From assembly GCA_039589315.1 (NCBI GenBank), contig JBDHHQ010000021.1:1-64000 (forward strand): 64,000 nucleotides of DNA, in the 5' to 3' direction. Under the pieces are notes generated by a model. The model saw only the letters and a list, made by a program, of their open reading frames with translations. It ran no database searches and had not been told where the DNA came from. The translations under genes and the position numbers were made by a program. Origin of the DNA: Gemmatimonadota bacterium. Lineage in GTDB: Bacteria; Gemmatimonadota; Gemmatimonadetes; Longimicrobiales; Gaopeijiaceae. Positions 17,723-29,782 of this stretch are shown piece by piece. Every line of letters starts with the position of its first letter. The first letter of the stretch is position 1.

Positions 17723-20494
17723 ATGAAGACGCGCGTTTCCCGCATGCTCACGGCAACCGCAGGGGCCAGCCTGGCGCTGGCCCCTTGGCTCGCCATACCG
17801 GCCCTTGCCCAGGGCAAGGTGAGCAGGGATCAGCCCGCAGCGGTGGTGACCCCCGCGGACGAGCGTCCAACCATGCGGGCCTATCCGCTGGACGAGCCGC
17901 TGACAATCGACGGCCGCCTGGATGAGGAGGCGTGGTCCCGCTACCCGTCGGCTGCCGGCTTCATCCAGAAGGAGCCGGTCGAGGGCGCGCCGGCGATCAA
18001 CGACAGCGAGGTGTGGGTCTTCTACGACCCGGGGGCGATCTACGTCGGCGCCATCCTCCACGACGAGACTCCCTGGGCCATTCCCGCGGGGCTGGCGCGC
18101 CGTGATGCGCCGTACGGCGGGCAGTTCGACTACTTCGAGGTGATGTTCGACCCGAACCTGGACCGGTTGACGGGCTACCGGTTCCGGACGACGTCGGCCA
18201 ACGTCCAGACCGACCGCTACCTCTTCAACGACGGCGGCGAGGACGCCAACTGGGACGCCGTCTGGGAGTCGGCGGTGACCATCGACGAGCGTGGCTGGAT
18301 CGTCGAGATGCGGATCCCCCTGTCCCAGATGAGATACGAGTCGTCGGCGGATCCACAGACGTGGGGGATCAACTTCGGCCGGCGCAGGTCCCAGGACAAC
18401 GAGCTCACCCGGTTCGCCCTGGAGTCGAAGCTGGTGCCGGGTCGCGTGAGCCAGTTCGGGCACGTGGAGGGTGTCGTGGCGGAGAAGTCGCGGCGCCTCG
18501 AGATGCGCCCATACGTGGTCACGAGCGCCCACGTGGGCACGGCCCAGGAAGGGGATCCCTTCTTCGACGGCAGCGAGCTGGACGGTCGTGTGGGCGTGGA
18601 CCTGAGGTACGGCATCGGCACCAACTTCACCCTGGACGCCACGTTCAACCCCGACTTCGGGCAGGTAGAATCGGATCCGGCGGTCATCAACCTCTCTGCT
18701 TTCGAGGTCTTCTTCGAGGAGCGAAGGCCCTTCTTCGTGGAGGACGCCCGGGTCTTCGACTTTCGTATCTCGGGGGGCGCCAGCGACCTCTTCTACACGC
18801 GCCGGGTAGGCCGCGAGCCTCAGGGAAGATCGCCCTCGGAGGCATCCTTTACCGATGTGCCCGAGGCCACCACGATTCTTGGTGCGGCGAAGCTCACCGG
18901 ACGCACCGCCGGCGGACTCTCACTGGGTGCGTTGGCCGCCGTGACGTCGAAGGAGACGGGCCGCGCCTACTTTCCGGACGGAGAGGTCATCGAGTCGTTC
19001 CCGGTTCAGCCTCGCGTGGGCCATGCCGTGCTGCGCCTTCAGCAGGACATGCGCCAGGGCGCCACGTCGGTGGGCGGGATGGTCACGTACCTCAACCGGG
19101 CCCTGCCGTCGGACGGGACGTTCGACTACCTGACCGCCGACGCTCTCACCGGGGGGCTCGACTTCGAGCACTACTGGGGCGACCGTAACTGGCGGCTCTG
19201 GGGCTTTGGCACCTACAGCCATATTCAGGGCGATTCCACCGCCATGATCCGGGTCCAGCGGGCGAGCAACCACTTTCGTCAGCGACCCGACAACGAGTTC
19301 AACCCCATCGACTCCACTGCCACGGCGCTGAACGGGGGCGAGTGGCGGCTCCAGCTCGAGAAGGCCAGGGGCAAGTGGACGGGGGCGCTCTGGACGGCGC
19401 AGATCGGGTCGGGGTACGAGATCAACGACCTGGGCTTTCGGACGTCCATGGAGCGGCTGGACGGCGGGGCACGGGTCGCGTTCCAGGAGGTCACGCCGGG
19501 CACCATCTTCCGGAACTACTCGGTATCGCTGTCCACCTTCCACAATCTGAGTCACGAGCTACTGGAAGGCTCCCTCACGTGGGACCGGATCCGGTGGGCC
19601 CAGACCTCAGGCCGCGTGGGTCTCGAGGCCAACTTCGTCTTCAACAACTTCTGGGGGATCCAGGCCGAGGTCGACTACGTGCCGGAGCGCATGAGCCGGA
19701 CCCTGACCCGTGGCGGACCCCGCATGGTGTCGCCGGCCGGCGCGGAATGGGAGCTGGAGTTCAACACTGACAACCGGCAGGTGCTCAGCATTCGCCCGTC
19801 GGTGGCCTTCAGTCAGCGTTCCCAGGGAGACGGCTCCACCCTCGATGCCCGCGTGCCCATCGTCTGGCAACCTTCGTCCCAGGTGCAGGTCCAGGTGTCG
19901 CCGGGCTACGGCGTGGGGAGCACGGGGTCACAGTACGTCTTCACCTCAGACGCTCTCGAATACGAGCCGACCCTCGGTGACCGCTACCTGTTCTCGGACC
20001 TCGACCAGACCGGCTTCTCCATGGAGACGCGGCTGAACTGGACCGTCAGCCCGACGCTCTCGCTCCAGCTCTGGGCCCAGCCTCTGCTGTCGTCGGGGAA
20101 CTACGTCACTTACAAACAGCTGTCCCTTCCCGAGACCTTCGACTTCGACGTCTTCGAGGAGGGGGTGTTCGAGGAGGACGTGGACGGCGTGATGTGCGTG
20201 GGGGGTCGGACGTGCACCGACGGCGAGGGCACCCGCTACGTGGATTTCGACGGCAACGGGGCTGTCGACGACTCCTTCCAGGACCAGGACTTCAACGTCC
20301 GGTCGTTCAGGGCCACGGCGGTCCTGCGGTGGGAGTACCGTCCGGGATCACGGCTCTTCTTCGTCTGGCAGCGGCGACAGGGGGAGCGGGTGAACGTGGG
20401 CGACTTCGACTTCGGCCGGGATCTGGGGGCGATGTTCGGTGCGCCCGGCGACGACGTGTTCATCATCAAAGCGGACCTCTGGATTCCCCTCTGA
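17723..20494 (+). CDS. DUF5916 protein with N-terminal CBM9-like domain (probable outer-membrane protein)
   Basis: Signal peptide; IDGRLDEEAW, WDAVW, EMRIPLSQMRY, WGINF, LDATFNPDFGQVESDPAVINLSAFEVFFEERRPFF. Confidence 0.88.
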   Translation: MKTRVSRMLTATAGASLALAPWLAIPALAQGKVSRDQPAAVVTPADERPTMRAYPLDEPLTIDGRLDEEAWSRYPSAAGFIQKEPVEGAPAINDSEVWVFYDPGAIYVGAILHDETPWAIPAGLARRDAPYGGQFDYFEVMFDPNLDRLTGYRFRTTSANVQTDRYLFNDGGEDANWDAVWESAVTIDERGWIVEMRIPLSQMRYESSADPQTWGINFGRRRSQDNELTRFALESKLVPGRVSQFGHVEGVVAEKSRRLEMRPYVVTSAHVGTAQEGDPFFDGSELDGRVGVDLRYGIGTNFTLDATFNPDFGQVESDPAVINLSAFEVFFEERRPFFVEDARVFDFRISGGASDLFYTRRVGREPQGRSPSEASFTDVPEATTILGAAKLTGRTAGGLSLGALAAVTSKETGRAYFPDGEVIESFPVQPRVGHAVLRLQQDMRQGATSVGGMVTYLNRALPSDGTFDYLTADALTGGLDFEHYWGDRNWRLWGFGTYSHIQGDSTAMIRVQRASNHFRQRPDNEFNPIDSTATALNGGEWRLQLEKARGKWTGALWTAQIGSGYEINDLGFRTSMERLDGGARVAFQEVTPGTIFRNYSVSLSTFHNLSHELLEGSLTWDRIRWAQTSGRVGLEANFVFNNFWGIQAEVDYVPERMSRTLTRGGPRMVSPAGAEWELEFNTDNRQVLSIRPSVAFSQRSQGDGSTLDARVPIVWQPSSQVQVQVSPGYGVGSTGSQYVFTSDALEYEPTLGDRYLFSDLDQTGFSMETRLNWTVSPTLSLQLWAQPLLSSGNYVTYKQLSLPETFDFDVFEEGVFEEDVDGVMCVGGRTCTDGEGTRYVDFDGNGAVDDSFQDQDFNVRSFRATAVLRWEYRPGSRLFFVWQRRQGERVNVGDFDFGRDLGAMFGAPGDDVFIIKADLWIPL

Positions 20495-20567
20495 TCCCTG
20501 GTTATCTCTGTCGCGTGGCAGAGCCGCATTCCTCTTCCAACTTGCGCACCAGCGAGGCGCAGCCCCC

Positions 20568-21650
20568 ATGAGCCACCAGGCCGTACGCATCGCCGGTTCG
20601 GGCAGCTACCTGCCCGACCGGAGGTTGGACAACTTCGAGCTGTACGATCTGCCCTCCATCCAGGCGGCGTTCGACGTCGAGCGGGCGCGCGGCTCCCTGA
20701 AGGACATGCCCGACGCCGGGGAGCTCCCGCCCCCCGAAGTGTTCGACCGTTGGGCGGTCCAGGTCACCGGGATCAGCGAGCGGCGGGTTCTGCCCAAGGA
20801 CCGAAGCGTGACCACGGAAGACATGTGCGCGCAGGCGTCCCTTCGGGCCCTCGAGGCGGCGGGGATGGCGGCCTCCGACCTCGACTTGATCTACGTCGCC
20901 TGCCTGACCGGTTCGGATTCGGTGCCCAATCCGGCGTGCACGGTGGCCGAGCTCATCGGCGCTCCGGCCCTGGGGGGATACACGCTGAACGCGGCGTGTG
21001 CCGGATTCATCCACGCACTGGGAACCGGGTATGCGGTGATCCGCTCCGGCATGGGGCGCAATGTGCTCGTGGTGGCCGGAGACGCGTTGTCTCATATCAC
21101 CGACTATGGAGACCCCACCACCGCGGTCCTGTTTGGCGATGGCGCTGGGGCCACGGTGCTGACGCCCTCCGAGGCGGGGGACGGGGTCGTGGCGGCCCCT
21201 GTGATCCTCGGCAACTACCAGAGGGATCCCCTCTTCCTGTTGGGACAGGGCTGGGAGACGGAGGAGGATCCCGACCCCAAGCTGCGCATGGGTGGCGGAC
21301 CCCGAATCCTCAGGCGGGCCATCGGGTCCATGATCCGTGTGGCCGAGGAGGCGCTGGAACGGGCGGGGAAGGGCTGGGACGATGTGGACGTGGTCGTGCC
21401 CCACCAGGCCAATCTGCGGATCACGAAGGGGATGGAGAAGCAACTCGACGAGCACGATCTGCGCGTGGTCCACAACATCCAGCGGTACGGCAACATGTCC
21501 GCCTCGACCGTCCCGGTGGCCTTCGACGAGGTGCTACGGGGCAAGCATGGCCCACTGCCCGATCCTGCCACTATCGTCCTGACCTCCATCGGCGGCGGCT
21601 ATGCGATCTCGGCGGCCGTCGTGGAGTGGAGGGGCGGGGTAGTGGGCTGA
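20568..21650 (+). CDS. fabH: Beta-ketoacyl-ACP synthase III
   Basis: TGISERR; catalytic triad in NAACAG, PHQAN and YGNMSAS; LFGDGAGA. Confidence 0.9.
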   Translation: MSHQAVRIAGSGSYLPDRRLDNFELYDLPSIQAAFDVERARGSLKDMPDAGELPPPEVFDRWAVQVTGISERRVLPKDRSVTTEDMCAQASLRALEAAGMAASDLDLIYVACLTGSDSVPNPACTVAELIGAPALGGYTLNAACAGFIHALGTGYAVIRSGMGRNVLVVAGDALSHITDYGDPTTAVLFGDGAGATVLTPSEAGDGVVAAPVILGNYQRDPLFLLGQGWETEEDPDPKLRMGGGPRILRRAIGSMIRVAEEALERAGKGWDDVDVVVPHQANLRITKGMEKQLDEHDLRVVHNIQRYGNMSASTVPVAFDEVLRGKHGPLPDPATIVLTSIGGGYAISAAVVEWRGGVVG

Positions 21651-21665
21651 CCCGATCACTTTCGC

Positions 21666-22355
21666 ATGCTGGGCTCTCAGTTCGTGGTCCTGGTCGTTCC
21701 TCTGGGCTTGAGAAGGCTCGCCAGGTATTTGGCCGGGTTCTTCACGTCCACGCCTCTCGACCCGCCAACCGCGAGGAGTCCCCGCCCGGCCCAGCGTTTC
21801 TCCTACTTCGATGCTTGGCGGCACGAGGCGCTGGTGTGCGACTGCGGCTGGAGCGGACCCCTTGGCCCTGATCAGGTCGAGCCCTACGAGACCCTCATGG
21901 AGTTCTGCTGTCCCGAGTGCGACACGGCGCTCGCCATCGTGACCTACCCGACCGACGAGGAGATGCTCGCGAACCTCGGCAAGCTCTCGAAGAGCGAACG
22001 TGCCGGCGTTTTGAAGCGTCATCAGTTCATCGAGGAAGCTGGCCGCCTTGCCCTCCAGAGTCCCGAGCAGCTACCGGATCTCGAAGGCGACACGCTCGAG
22101 CTCCTGTGGGACTTCGTAACGGAGGACGGGACCCGCTACACAGTGATTCGTCACGCGGCCACGGTGGTATGGAGAGAACTGGCCATCTGGCAAGGCATCG
22201 AGCGTTTCGAGGAGATCGCGGCGATGTTGAAGGCGCGGTACGGAGAGCGGTTACACGACCTGATTCCGACCGAAGCGAGCGAGCTCTACCTGTACGGAGA
22301 CAAGCTGTCGGGTCCTGACAGGGTGGAACGGATCCGGGAGACGTTGTCGCCGTGA
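21666..22355 (+). CDS. Hypothetical protein with Zn-ribbon-like motif (true start may be downstream)
   Basis: VCDCGWSG...FCCPECD; protein-like composition. Confidence 0.6.
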   Translation: MLGSQFVVLVVPLGLRRLARYLAGFFTSTPLDPPTARSPRPAQRFSYFDAWRHEALVCDCGWSGPLGPDQVEPYETLMEFCCPECDTALAIVTYPTDEEMLANLGKLSKSERAGVLKRHQFIEEAGRLALQSPEQLPDLEGDTLELLWDFVTEDGTRYTVIRHAATVVWRELAIWQGIERFEEIAAMLKARYGERLHDLIPTEASELYLYGDKLSGPDRVERIRETLSP

Positions 22356-22613
22356 CATGACGTCTGCTTTCTCCTCGTGGGCGGGACGACGTCGAACCCC
22401 ACTACAACGCACCGACTCGCGATCCGGTCCGTGAACTCGGATCCGGGCACCGGACCTGGCAGGACCCCCCGTCGCTCGCGTCCGCTTGACTCTTCCTTGA
22501 CCCCAGTGTGGCAACGTGCTCCCGGAGAATCGAGCCGGGAGACCGCCATGCGAAGTCCGCTGCGTCGCTCCCTGCGGGACGACGGAACGGGCCCTATGGG
22601 TCAGGAGGTCGCA

Positions 22614-23480
22614 ATGAGGAAGCCTCGCGGGTTTCGAATCGCTCTGGTCCTGATAGCCTCGTGCCTATGCCAACCACTGGTCGCACAACTGCCGAGGGGC
22701 GAGGTCCCCAGCGCCGATCCGGGCGCGCTGCAGAGGATCGAGCTGTCGGACGGCACCGAGCTACGCGGCTGGGTCGTCGTCGAGGATAACCCGATCCAAT
22801 TCCGCCTGATCTCCGGACATGTTCTCGAGCTCGAGCGGTCTGGGATACGGAAGATCACGCCCGCCCGAGGCCAGATCGTGGACGGTAAGTTCGTCCGCGA
22901 AGACCCGAATAGAACTCGCCTGTTCTTCGCGCCGACCGGGCGCGGGCTGTCCAAAGGACAGGGGTACTTCGCGGTTTACGAGATCGTCATGCCCTTCTTG
23001 GCCGTGGCACCGGTGGACAACTTGGTGCTGTCGGGTGGCACGCCACTCCTGTTCGGAGGTGGGGGGGACCGCCCGTTCTGGTTCGCCCCGAAGGTGCGGG
23101 TCGCCGGGGGAGAAAAGGTAGACGTAGCGGTGGGCGCCATCGCGATCGGAGGCCTGGGCGGCGGTGATGTGGCCGGGATCGCGTTCGGGGTTGCCACCTT
23201 CGGGGACCACGCGCAGGCACTGACCACGGGGATCGGGTTCGGGTGGACCGGTTCGGAATGGTCCGACAAACCCGTGGTCATGATCGGGGGTGAGATCGCG
23301 GCATCGAATGGGATCAAGTTGGTGAGCGAGAACTACTTCCTTCCTGGCGAGGGAGGGTTGGTGAGCCTGGGGCCCCGCTTCTTCGGTGAGCGGCTCACGG
23401 CCGACCTGGGAATCGCAGTGCCCCTCACGGGCGGGGAGACCTTCGCGTTCCCGATTGTCAACTTCGTCTGGAACTGGTAG
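22614..23480 (+). CDS. Exported hypothetical protein, probable small beta-barrel
   Basis: AGGAGG RBS; signal peptide; TRLFFAPTGRGLSKGQGYF; beta-strand pattern; terminal FVWNW. Confidence 0.75.
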   Translation: MRKPRGFRIALVLIASCLCQPLVAQLPRGEVPSADPGALQRIELSDGTELRGWVVVEDNPIQFRLISGHVLELERSGIRKITPARGQIVDGKFVREDPNRTRLFFAPTGRGLSKGQGYFAVYEIVMPFLAVAPVDNLVLSGGTPLLFGGGGDRPFWFAPKVRVAGGEKVDVAVGAIAIGGLGGGDVAGIAFGVATFGDHAQALTTGIGFGWTGSEWSDKPVVMIGGEIAASNGIKLVSENYFLPGEGGLVSLGPRFFGERLTADLGIAVPLTGGETFAFPIVNFVWNW

Positions 23481-23540
23481 GAGGCTGCGGCGGACCGGTC
23501 CGTATGGTAAAGCGCCGCGGCGCAGTTCATCTTTCCTCGC

Positions 23541-23807
23541 ATGACGTATTCCTACGCCACGAGCCAGCACGGGCGGCTCACGGACTTCGGACAATGGCCC
23601 GTCTGGCTGCCGGACAGCCGCAGACTCATGTTCGTCTCGGGCGGCAGCGCGTTCTACATCGTGGACACCGAAACCCGTGAGGTGCGCCAGATCTACTCGA
23701 CCGTGAGCGACGTGCTGGGCCCACCTCGGCTGACGGCCGACGGCCGCTGGATGGCCTACTCTCGCAGAGTCACGGAAGCGGACCTCTGGATGGTCACCAT
23801 CGAGTAG
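23541..23807 (+). pseudogene. C-terminal fragment of a TolB/PD40-type beta-propeller protein
   Basis: Only about two blades (WPVWLPDSRRLMF; PRLTADGRWMAYSRRVTEADLW); in-frame TAA at 23508; no evident RBS. Confidence 0.6.
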
Positions 23808-23825
23808 GCGGCAGACAGGGCTCGG

Positions 23826-24695
23826 TCAGATGACGACGTGGTTGCCTGACGGATCCACCGCTCGCGTGGTGCCCTGGGCGAGCGACCGTGTGGTCTCCCG
23901 GTTGTGTAGGCGATCGACGACGAGTTGGCGGGCTGCTGGGTCGGCCACTTCGATGCGGAACCAACCCAGCCCCAGGGCGTCCTCCGGCGGGGTCGGAGCG
24001 CCCCGCGACGCCCAGGTGTTGACCGCTACGTGATGATGGTAGCGGCCCGCCGAGAAGAACGACGCGGAGCCGCCGTACCGCTGCATCAGGTCCAGCCCCA
24101 CCACGTCCTGGTAGAACGCTTCCGCCTCGGCAACGTCGGCGACTCGTAGGTGCACGTGACCCAGACGGGTCCCGGTGGGGATCCGCCAGCGCTCAGCGGG
24201 AGGCGCCTCGTTGAGGAGGGCCCGGAGGTCGAGGGGCAGGGTCTGCATGTGCAGCTCCCCGTCCCGCACGGGCCACTCCGCGACCTCTCGGTCCCGGTAG
24301 ATCTCGACGCCGTTGCCCTCGGGATCGGCGAAGTAGACGGCCTCGCTCACGCCGTGATCAGAGGCGCCCTGAATCGGTGCCTGCAAGCCGACGAGTCGGG
24401 CCGTGACCGCAGCGAGATCGGCACGGGACGGATAGAGGATGGCCAGGTGGAACAGGCCGGTGGTGCCGGGCTGAGGCTCTCCCGTGGGGTTCTCGACCAG
24501 CTGGAGAAACGAGCCGTCACCGGCGCCGAGCCACACGGAATCCCGCTCGGCCTCGACTTCGTCGAGACCGACCACGTGCGTGTAGAAACGCACGACCCGA
24601 GCGAGGTCCCGAACCGTCAGCGAGATCTGCGTGACGGACGAGCCGTTCGGGAGGGGCGCCGGCGCGGCCATCAGGGGGGTCGGAGGCATGGTCAT
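23826..24695 (-). CDS. Two-domain VOC/glyoxalase protein (CatE-like)
   Basis: GLFHLAILYPSR, GASDHGVSEAVYFADPEGNGVEIYRDR, GHVHLRV, YHHHVAVNTW, DPSG. Confidence 0.9.
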   Translation of the reverse strand: MTMPPTPLMAAPAPLPNGSSVTQISLTVRDLARVVRFYTHVVGLDEVEAERDSVWLGAGDGSFLQLVENPTGEPQPGTTGLFHLAILYPSRADLAAVTARLVGLQAPIQGASDHGVSEAVYFADPEGNGVEIYRDREVAEWPVRDGELHMQTLPLDLRALLNEAPPAERWRIPTGTRLGHVHLRVADVAEAEAFYQDVVGLDLMQRYGGSASFFSAGRYHHHVAVNTWASRGAPTPPEDALGLGWFRIEVADPAARQLVVDRLHNRETTRSLAQGTTRAVDPSGNHVVI

Positions 24696-24818
24696 GGTCC
24701 GATCAGCCTCGGGGTTGCGTCGGTGCTCCCGGATCGGGCGGCCGCACGGTGCCCCCCATCGCGGGCCAGCCTGGATCCATCACGACCTCACGCAATGCGG
24801 GCACGAACCCTCCCAAAG

Positions 24819-26726
<1,908 letters not shown>

Positions 26727-27143
26727 CCTCGCGCTTCTCCCCGTTGGCTGCGGGACCACATCCGCGTGTCGTGGCTCATCCAGGAGAGTCCGTGCCGTGC
26801 CGACGGACCTCCCGAGAGCCGGGAAAACCAGCCCCCCACCGTGCGGGGCTGGCGCTCTCCGGTCAAGAGCGAGACACGCCACGCAACGGGATCGTTGGCG
26901 AGCCTGCCCGAGGACCGTGGGCCACACCGCTCCCGGGGCGGTCGGCTGACCCGTGCAGGGCTCGCCGTCACGCGCCGATCTGTGAGCCGTCGCTGGCCCA
27001 CGCTGGGCTCACTGCGATGCGCCGACCTTGGGGGGGCCTGGCTGACCCGGCGCGAGAGCGTTGGCTGACCGTCGCCGATTCTTCGTATCTTCCCGCTCGC
27101 GGTGGGCGTCGACATCCCCCACCACCGAGCCCTGGACCTTGCC

Positions 27144-28250
27144 ATGTCTCGACCTCTCGAGGACTACGCACCCTTCCTGGTCGCGGCCAACGTGCGGCCC
27201 CGCTTCGACGCGGCCGGACTGCGTGTCGAAGACGGCACCGGCCTGCCCGGGGACCTCGTCCTGGGTGAGGTGTGCCCGCGAGAGGGGGGCTCGATCACCG
27301 TCCTCGACCAGGAGCTCCGCCCCCACGGCATCAACACGCCGACCCCGGTCGTCGCTCCCCTGGGAATCCGGGAGTCGTCCACGCACGTGAACGGTGGCAT
27401 CCCCGAAGGTGGGTTGAAAGTGTTCGACGGGCGCGACGTGCATTGGCTCGCGGGCGAGAGCGGTCTCGTGGGCCTACTCATGGCCGAGGGCAGGCCCACG
27501 TCCGGCCTGGATGTCGAGACTTCGGTGCCGTTTCGCTGCACGGGTCTGCTTCGGCATGGCGACGGAAGGAACGCCAACATTGCCGACTGGGCCATCCAAC
27601 CGGACACCGATCGGTTGTCGGTGCCCATGATCGCGATCGGAGCCACGTCGGCGGAAGCGGGCAAGACGGTTCTGACCCAGAAGGTGATCCGCTCAGTGGT
27701 CGACCGAGGGCTCCGTACGGCGGCCATCAAGGTCACCGGTACCGGCGGCACCGTGGACTCGTCCCAGCACCGGGAGGCCGGCGCCCACATCGTCTTGGAC
27801 CAGGTGGACGGCGGCCTGATCACGACATACGGCGATCCGGAGACCTTCAGCGAACGGATCGTGCGGCCCTTCCGGTACGCCCAGGACCTGGGGGCCGAGG
27901 TGATCGTCGCCGAGCTGGGCGGGGACCTGGTGTGGGCCAACAACCCGACGTTCCTGGCCATGCCCGAAATGGTGGACCAGATCCGCACGCTGATGGTGAT
28001 CAACAACGATGCCCTGTCCTGCCTCGGCATCGTCCGCTACCTGGACGAGATGCTGGGCTTCCCCATGGACCGGGTCCGCCTGTTCAGCTCGCCGTTCCGA
28101 AACCACATGGGCCAACTCAAGAGGACGCCCGTTCTGGGGATCGGCAGGCTCGATGACCCGAATGACCGCGACCGGGTGGCGGAGATCGTGGCCGGCGTGC
28201 TGGACGCCGCTCAGCCCTACGGCACGCGCTCGAACACGTACGATCCCTGA
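27144..28250 (+). CDS. DUF1611-like P-loop protein
   Basis: IGATSAEAGKT Walker A; AAIKVTGTGG; VIVAELGGD. Confidence 0.7.
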   Translation: MSRPLEDYAPFLVAANVRPRFDAAGLRVEDGTGLPGDLVLGEVCPREGGSITVLDQELRPHGINTPTPVVAPLGIRESSTHVNGGIPEGGLKVFDGRDVHWLAGESGLVGLLMAEGRPTSGLDVETSVPFRCTGLLRHGDGRNANIADWAIQPDTDRLSVPMIAIGATSAEAGKTVLTQKVIRSVVDRGLRTAAIKVTGTGGTVDSSQHREAGAHIVLDQVDGGLITTYGDPETFSERIVRPFRYAQDLGAEVIVAELGGDLVWANNPTFLAMPEMVDQIRTLMVINNDALSCLGIVRYLDEMLGFPMDRVRLFSSPFRNHMGQLKRTPVLGIGRLDDPNDRDRVAEIVAGVLDAAQPYGTRSNTYDP

Positions 28251-29782
28251 TCACGGTATACGAGCTGCCACTCGGGGTGAGCTGCCAGGTGGAGGGGCAG
28301 CGGGTATGGCTCCGCGTCGAAGCTACCGCGGACGGGGAGGATCACCAGCGCGAAGTCCTGGTCCTGAAACCACGCGAGCCCGGGGGGAGTCGCCCAGAGA
28401 GCGTTGGTGTAGGGGGCCAGCTTTCGGGTGTCGAGCAACCGTCCGTCCACGTAGGGGGTCACCCGCTCCTCGAGATACCAGAGGAGGTACCCTCCCCAGT
28501 TCATCGTATTGAACGCCCGGCCCTCCGTGCCTCGCTCGGCGACCACCCGGGTCGCCTCGGCCGGGAACCTGCCCGCGGCGACCCCACCCTGGAAGAGATC
28601 CCCTCGAAGAAGACCGAGCCCGAGGAACCCCAGCAATACGGCGACCAGCAACCGCTCTGAGTGAGGCCACTCGATCCGCCCGTGGGCTCGCTCGAGGCGC
28701 TCCCAGGCGCCGCTCAGGCCCAGGGCGACGTAGGGGGCGGACACGACGAGGAAGAAGCTCAGGTAGCGATAGGCGGTGCAGGAGACGATCCCGAGAAACG
28801 CAACGACGAGGAGTCTGTCGAGCCGGTCGCGCCGGGCCAGCCAGGCGAGGGACAGCGCCGCCAACGCCAGCCACAGGTAGATCCCAGCCTGCATCCAGCC
28901 GAGGCCGAGACGGTGGATGAGGAGCGCGCTCACGTATTCCGACGTACGCTCCTGGAGGAGCGTCCCTTCCAGCCGCAGCAGATAAGCGTAGGTCTCGATT
29001 CCGCTGGGCGTGACGAAGGTCGCGAGCACGAAGCCAACTGCAAAAGGCAGGAGGCGGAGGAAGGCACGCCGCTCCGCACCGGAGGTTTCGCCTGCTGGGA
29101 GACGGCCCAAGCAGACCAGGACGACGAGTGCCGTGCCCAGGATGAAGCCTCCGTGGCTGTTCGCCCAGAGGAGGCCCAACAGCGGGAGAGGCAGGAGCCA
29201 CCTCCACGAGCCACCGCGGGCCCCGTCGAGGATCAGGAACAACAGGCCCGCGAAGAGGAACGAGAGGAGCTGGGGCCGCTCGCCGGTGAAGCCGGTCAGG
29301 AGCGCGGCCGTGAGCAGCAGCACGACCCAGGCGGGGCCGGGCTTCACCGCGTTGAGTCGGCATCGGGCGTAGACCAGGGCGAGGCAGGCCACGAGGAGGC
29401 CGGTGCGCAGCGCCACGACCCCGGTGAGGCCCAGGCGGTCGAAGGTGAGGTAGAAGACGACCTGCCCCAGCCACTGGCTGCGAAGGTAGCCGTCGCGGCG
29501 GGCCGGATCGGGATCGGGGTACATGCCGAACGGGTCGTCGACGGGTACCTCGCCTTGCTGGACGATGGTCCGTCCGGTGGCGATGTGCCACCAGAAGTCG
29601 ATGTCGGAGATCGGCACCCAGAAGAGCCCGGCCGCGAGGATGAACAAGGCCAGGGCGGCCCCGGCGCCGATGCCCCAACGGAGGTTGAAGCCCCTCCTGG
29701 CTTCGCTCTCGTGACCGGGTGGGGGACCCGGGGCGGGGGGCGGTCGAGAGTGCGCGGAGTCGTCGGCCCGGGTCACGCTCAT
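28217..29782 (-). CDS. Polytopic membrane protein, probable GT-C-fold glycosyltransferase
   Basis: ISDIDFWWHIATGRTI, ERPQLLSF, LWANSHGGF, FNTMNWGGYL, YVDGR; many TM segments. Confidence 0.7.
   Translation of the reverse strand: MSVTRADDSAHSRPPPAPGPPPGHESEARRGFNLRWGIGAGAALALFILAAGLFWVPISDIDFWWHIATGRTIVQQGEVPVDDPFGMYPDPDPARRDGYLRSQWLGQVVFYLTFDRLGLTGVVALRTGLLVACLALVYARCRLNAVKPGPAWVVLLLTAALLTGFTGERPQLLSFLFAGLLFLILDGARGGSWRWLLPLPLLGLLWANSHGGFILGTALVVLVCLGRLPAGETSGAERRAFLRLLPFAVGFVLATFVTPSGIETYAYLLRLEGTLLQERTSEYVSALLIHRLGLGWMQAGIYLWLALAALSLAWLARRDRLDRLLVVAFLGIVSCTAYRYLSFFLVVSAPYVALGLSGAWERLERAHGRIEWPHSERLLVAVLLGFLGLGLLRGDLFQGGVAAGRFPAEATRVVAERGTEGRAFNTMNWGGYLLWYLEERVTPYVDGRLLDTRKLAPYTNALWATPPGLAWFQDQDFALVILPVRGSFDAEPYPLPLHLAAHPEWQLVYRDQGSYVFERVP

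Noticed and set aside
20568..21650. fabH as part of a secondary-metabolite cluster
   Set aside because: No ACP, PKS or tailoring genes are adjacent.
26760..26900. Canonical THF riboswitch before fhs
   Set aside because: GGAGAG...CTCC ends are present but the conserved internal motifs were not recognisable.
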